Assembly (NCBI GenBank): GCA_021432655.1
Contig: MU271490.1
Coordinates: forward strand, 11,684 to 53,741
Source: Atractiella rhizophila
Taxonomy: Eukaryota
Reading direction: 5' to 3'
Length of the DNA stretch: 42,058 nt
In this document: positions 38,133 through 42,058 of the stretch, piece after piece
Numbering within the stretch: position 1 is the first letter of the stretch
How the letters are laid out: each line of letters starts with the position of its first letter
Program-made: the position numbers and the translations under genes
Notes under the pieces: generated by a model
Told to the model about the DNA's origin: nothing
Databases searched by the model: none
The model's input: the letters and a program-made list of their open reading frames with translations, nothing else

Positions 38133-40281
38133 ATGCAGAAGGAAAAACCAGGACTCGATCTCTCCCTTTACCTGGTAACTCAGCGAGAAGCACTTCCCAC
38201 AGGGGTCAGCTTCGAGAGGAATATCGAACAGGCCATATTGGGAGGCGTAACAGTTGTCCAGCTCAGGTGGGTTGTCTGGATGTTGTACCATCGGCTCGCT
38301 CTTTTTATTCATCAGCTAAGAAGCGAGTACAGGAGGTTACTTAAAGTACACTCCTATTTATCTAATCTATGTGTCCAATTCTCTTGCGTCCACTCCAGGA
38401 ATGAATCGCTGGCTAACTAACTCTGTGTCATGCAGAGAAAAGCACGCAGATACAGGTCCTTTCTTGGATTTGGCGATGCGCGCAAAAGCAATATGTGACA
38501 AAGTCTGCCGTTCTCCTTTCTCTGGATTATCTTTCTAACTGAAATTTGCAGTACTCCATTCCTCTGATCATCAACGACCGCCTGGACATCTGTCTCTCCA
38601 TCGGTGCTTCCGGGATACATGTCGGACAAAGCGATCTCCCATGTTCCATCGCCAGAAAAATCCTGGGTCCCTCTGCTTACATTGGAGTGTCTGTGAACAC
38701 TGTCGAAGAGGCACAGAAAGCGGTGGAGGATGGAGCGGACTACGTGGGGATTGGACCTTGCTTCGTGACGAAGAGCAAGAGCGATATCAAGGGTTTACTT
38801 GGAACGGCTGGTGTGGCGGAGATCGTTGATTGCTTGCCGAAGGAAGTCGGATGCGTGACCATCGGTTCGTCCTATCCTCACTTCGTCCTCCGTGTTTTGC
38901 CTCGTCGAACAAGGAGGCTGATTCCGCTGATTGTCAAAAGGCGGAATTAGCGAAATGAATGTCTGGCGAATTATGCACGGAACTGTTGGAACTAACACTG
39001 GGAGGTGTCTGGATGGCATCGCCGTCATCTCTGCGATTGTCTCTTCCATTGAGCCTCGAGAGGCATCGAAACGTCTTTCGGAAGAAGTGGATGCCTTCAA
39101 AACCTCTCACAAAGACTTCTGCGCCACTAGAGAGGTGCAAAGCATAGATTCCATTTTAAAAGTAGCTGGGAATCTTTTTGAGAAGATGAGACAGAGCCCT
39201 AAGGTCGTACAGCAAATTACAAATGTAAGTCTACACCTACCAAAATGCATTTGAAACGAAATGGACAGCCTAACTTGGGAGAGGGAATAGACAGTTGTTC
39301 AGAACGACTCAGCAAATCTTACGTTGGCACTGTCAAGCTCTCCAATCATGTCCTCCTCGCAAGCAGAAGCTGAGGACCTATCGAAAATCATCGGGTCGCT
39401 AGTCGTCAATCTGGGGACACTGAACCCAGAGCAAGTGGACGGAATGCGTGTTTCTGGTTTGCCTTTGAATTTTCCAACTAAAGTTCAGCTCTAATGTCTG
39501 GCGTTTAGGCCAGTTCGCCAACCAGCAAAAGAGACCTGTAGTATTCGATCCCGTCGGGGTCGGCGCTTCTACACTTCGAAAGGAAACCACAAAAGGTATG
39601 TGACTCCCAGAGAACAGCTAAGATGAAGCTGAGAAGTGGGATTTAGAGCTACTCGCACATTGGCAGGTGTCGGTGATAAAGGGGAACGCAGGAGAGATCG
39701 CCACTCTCTCCGGTTTCTCAGGCGTGCGCCGTTACTTTATCTTGTTTTGCCCCATCAGCTGACGAAAACGCCAACAGGCTCAATCGCGAGGTGTCGACAG
39801 TGTCGGTGCTGTCTCGAATCCTTCCCAAGTGGCGCTACATCTGGCTCGTAAAGAGAAGTGCATAGTGGCTATGACTGGGAAGGAGGACTACGTTTCTGAC
39901 GGAACATCTGTTTATAAGATCAGTAATGGCCACAAGTATCTCGCAGCAATCACAGGCTCGTGCGTGTTGACTCTTTCTCCCACCATCCGTTCGTTCGGTG
40001 CTAAAGTAATTCGTATCGTTTTGTCTGTCAGGGGATGTATGACAGGGTCTGCAATAGCCTGTCTCGCTGCCCAGGCCAACAACATCCACCATTGCGAACA
40101 TCCAGACCTGCTTGCAGCAACAATTGCTGGTCTGCTCCTCCTCGAAGTCGCAGGAGAACTGGCAGCTGAAAGAACAGAGACTAGAGGCCCGGGAACGTTC
40201 AGGGCGGCGCTTATTGACGAAACCTTCAATCTGAAGTGGGATGTCGTATTGAGACGAGCCAAAGTTGAACGGATTGTGTGA
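38133..40281 (+). CDS. THI6: Bifunctional thiamine-phosphate synthase / hydroxyethylthiazole kinase
   Basis: DLSLYLVT, GGVTVVQLR|EK, PLIINDRLD, GIHVGQSDL, ADYVGIGP, IGGI, DGIAVISAI; kinase half QQITN, FDPVGVGAS, IKGNAGEI, RGVDS, ITGSGCMTG, GPGTFRAALIDE. Confidence 0.96.
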
Positions 40282-40453
40282 TGGCAAAAGTGTCCATCAT
40301 GAGACCTCCAAACTAATGGTGTCTTGGCTCTGTATGATATTACGCGGTGGAAGAACTGCATTGCAATCGCGTACGCTTTCGAAGTCGGCAACTTTACATG
40401 CCAACGTCGCTGTCATCATAAATAACACCGTTTTTTCTCGGAAATTCAAGACG

Positions 40454-42058
40454 TTAGGCACCGCCTGCTTCTCTGGCCTTCTCGTCGTGTACTTCTCTGG
40501 CCTTCTCTTCATGAAGATCGTCTTGTTTTTCGAGGCTGTCTTTTTCCAAGTCATCCCTCGATGTGACTGCCAACTAGTGAGCAGATAACCTGGAAACAGA
40601 TAACTCGACGTACTACCCGTTGGCGCAGGAGCCTCGTGATCTGCTCCAGCTCCCTCTTCAGCAGCGGTTTTGGCCTTCTCGAATTCAGAACCGTGATACT
40701 CGCTTCCAAACAGACACCAGAAGATGATCCATGCAGCAACGATTCCAATGAATATGGCTACATAGAACCATCAGTGTTTTTCATGCGGGCTGAAAGGTAG
40801 CTGACCTTGAATTTTGGCATAATCAGGCACAACCTTTCCATGAACAGTCGTTTTGGATGATTCTCCTGCGGTAGCCTCGATTTGGGAGGACGCGGAGGAC
40901 ACCATGTTACCCAATTGATATGCGACACCAGGGAAGGTGGCTCTGAAGGCAGGAGGCGAGATTTCCTGAAGGTAAGCAGGTACGACTCCCCATGCTCCTT
41001 GAACTCTGCAAAGTATCGATTCAGTTTCAACTGGGGTTTGGGATGGAACTGAAAGTTACCCGCTCTGAACAAAGAATGCCCCAGTAGCTAGACGGCCAAA
41101 CGTGTCAGGCAGTGTCTGTAAGCTCCATCGTCAAAGACCGCCTCGAGAGGAAGAGGACAACAGACCCACTATCCCAAAGATGCACATTAGAGTTGGTCCT
41201 TCGGATTCAGATAGTTGAATGAACATACAAGAGGAATCCAGCATGCAGTCCACAAGCAACAGCCAATGATGACAAGACGCCTTCCGAAGTATTGCGACAA
41301 ATAACCACTGAGAGTGCCACCGACAATAGCACCACAATTACCTTGAGCATTTCGTGGTTAGACACATCGCCGACGGAAGATAACGTAGAGTAATACCTAT
41401 TATAGTTGCGACTGCTCTCCTGCATTAGTGACTTTACAGCAGCCAAAAGAAAGAGTTTTCACCTGTTGCCTGATGGTCGGAGAGCAGCTTGGCTTCCTTG
41501 AGATAGGTGGGGTAGAGATCCTGACTGCCATGGGAGAAGAAATTGAATCCGGACATAAGCAACACTGCGAAGATGCATCGTTGCCAGTGTAACTTCAAGG
41601 CTGCCTTCACGCTCTGGAAGAAGAACTTCGATTTGCCTCCAGTGTTGCCGGCCGCCTTGGACTTCAAGAAGAACTCGCTTTCAGGGAGGAGCAGACGGAA
41701 GACAGCACCCTGCAGGGCTCTCAGCAGCGCGAAGAGGCAGAATATCAAAGAGGACGTACACCGAGGGAGAGGCCAGAGCCGAGGTAGAAAAGCGGTCTCC
41801 ATGAATTTTTATCGTGCACCAAAGTTAGATTGACGACGGCAGCGATGAGATATCCACAAGCGTAGCCTTGCTGGAGGATTCCGGAGAACAAACCTCGTGC
41901 TGTTTTGCTCCGTTAACGATTTCAAGAAGGAGGGATACAAGGCTACCTTCAACTGGCATGTTTTCCAATCCGTTCGATGCCGCGAGTCCCCAAATTCCAC
42001 CCATTCCAATTCCAAAGAGGGATCGAACAGCTAGGAAAGCGCTCCATTCGTCAACAAA
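40454..42058 (-). CDS. JEN1: Carboxylic acid transporter, MFS JEN1/SHS family (copy B, 5' part outside window)
   Basis: Same exon structure as copy A with high identity; NFFSHGSQDLYPTY, QGAWGVVPAYLQEISPPAFRATFPGVAYQLGN; TAA 40454-40456. Confidence 0.93.
40468..40507 (-). repeat. 16-bp direct repeat with 24-nt period (EKARE repeats in JEN1 copy B tail)
   Basis: CTTCTCTGGCCTTCTC at 40468-83 and 40492-507; a degenerate equivalent (EKAREIYEEHARE) is present in copy A. Confidence 0.85.

Noticed and set aside
38295..38360. H/ACA snoRNA in THI6 intron 1
   Set aside because: The ACAGGA H-box candidate overlaps the second hairpin, the hairpins are too short and there is no terminal ACA.
37615..40281. 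Canonical TPP riboswitch at THI6
   Set aside because: No CTGAGA...ATACC...GAACCTGA(T) aptamer arrangement found. The only CTGAGA (about 39629) sits at a short intron's branch region.

Overview
Eukaryotic, intron-dense fungal genomic DNA (introns mostly about 45-60 nt, many micro-exons, roughly 50% GC; architecture and protein sequences suggest a basidiomycete, species not determinable). About 20 tightly packed protein-coding genes: siderophore-type MFS transporter, small Lys-rich protein, NAD-formate dehydrogenase, Ser-rich unknown, LYR/DUF1763-like protein, two JEN1-type carboxylate transporter paralogs about 29 kb apart, VPS2, QTRT2, ADE1, an SDR, a small Cys-rich putative mitochondrial protein, SPC19, YRA1, an atypical prephenate dehydratase, an FGGY kinase, an ABCC/MRP transporter, a TDP2-like EEP hydrolase, a large-subunit catalase and THI6. 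No rRNA, tRNA, transposon or CRISPR features were recognised. Gene models were spliced by hand. The most interesting signals are post-transcriptional: a 511-nt YRA1 intron holding a ~200-nt structured RNA, a long THI6 intron with unproductive acceptors, a 3-nt micro-exon conserved in both JEN1 copies and GC-AG introns. Also notable is a prephenate dehydratase lacking its ACT domain, with reciprocal ENS>KNS and TRF>TEF charge swaps.
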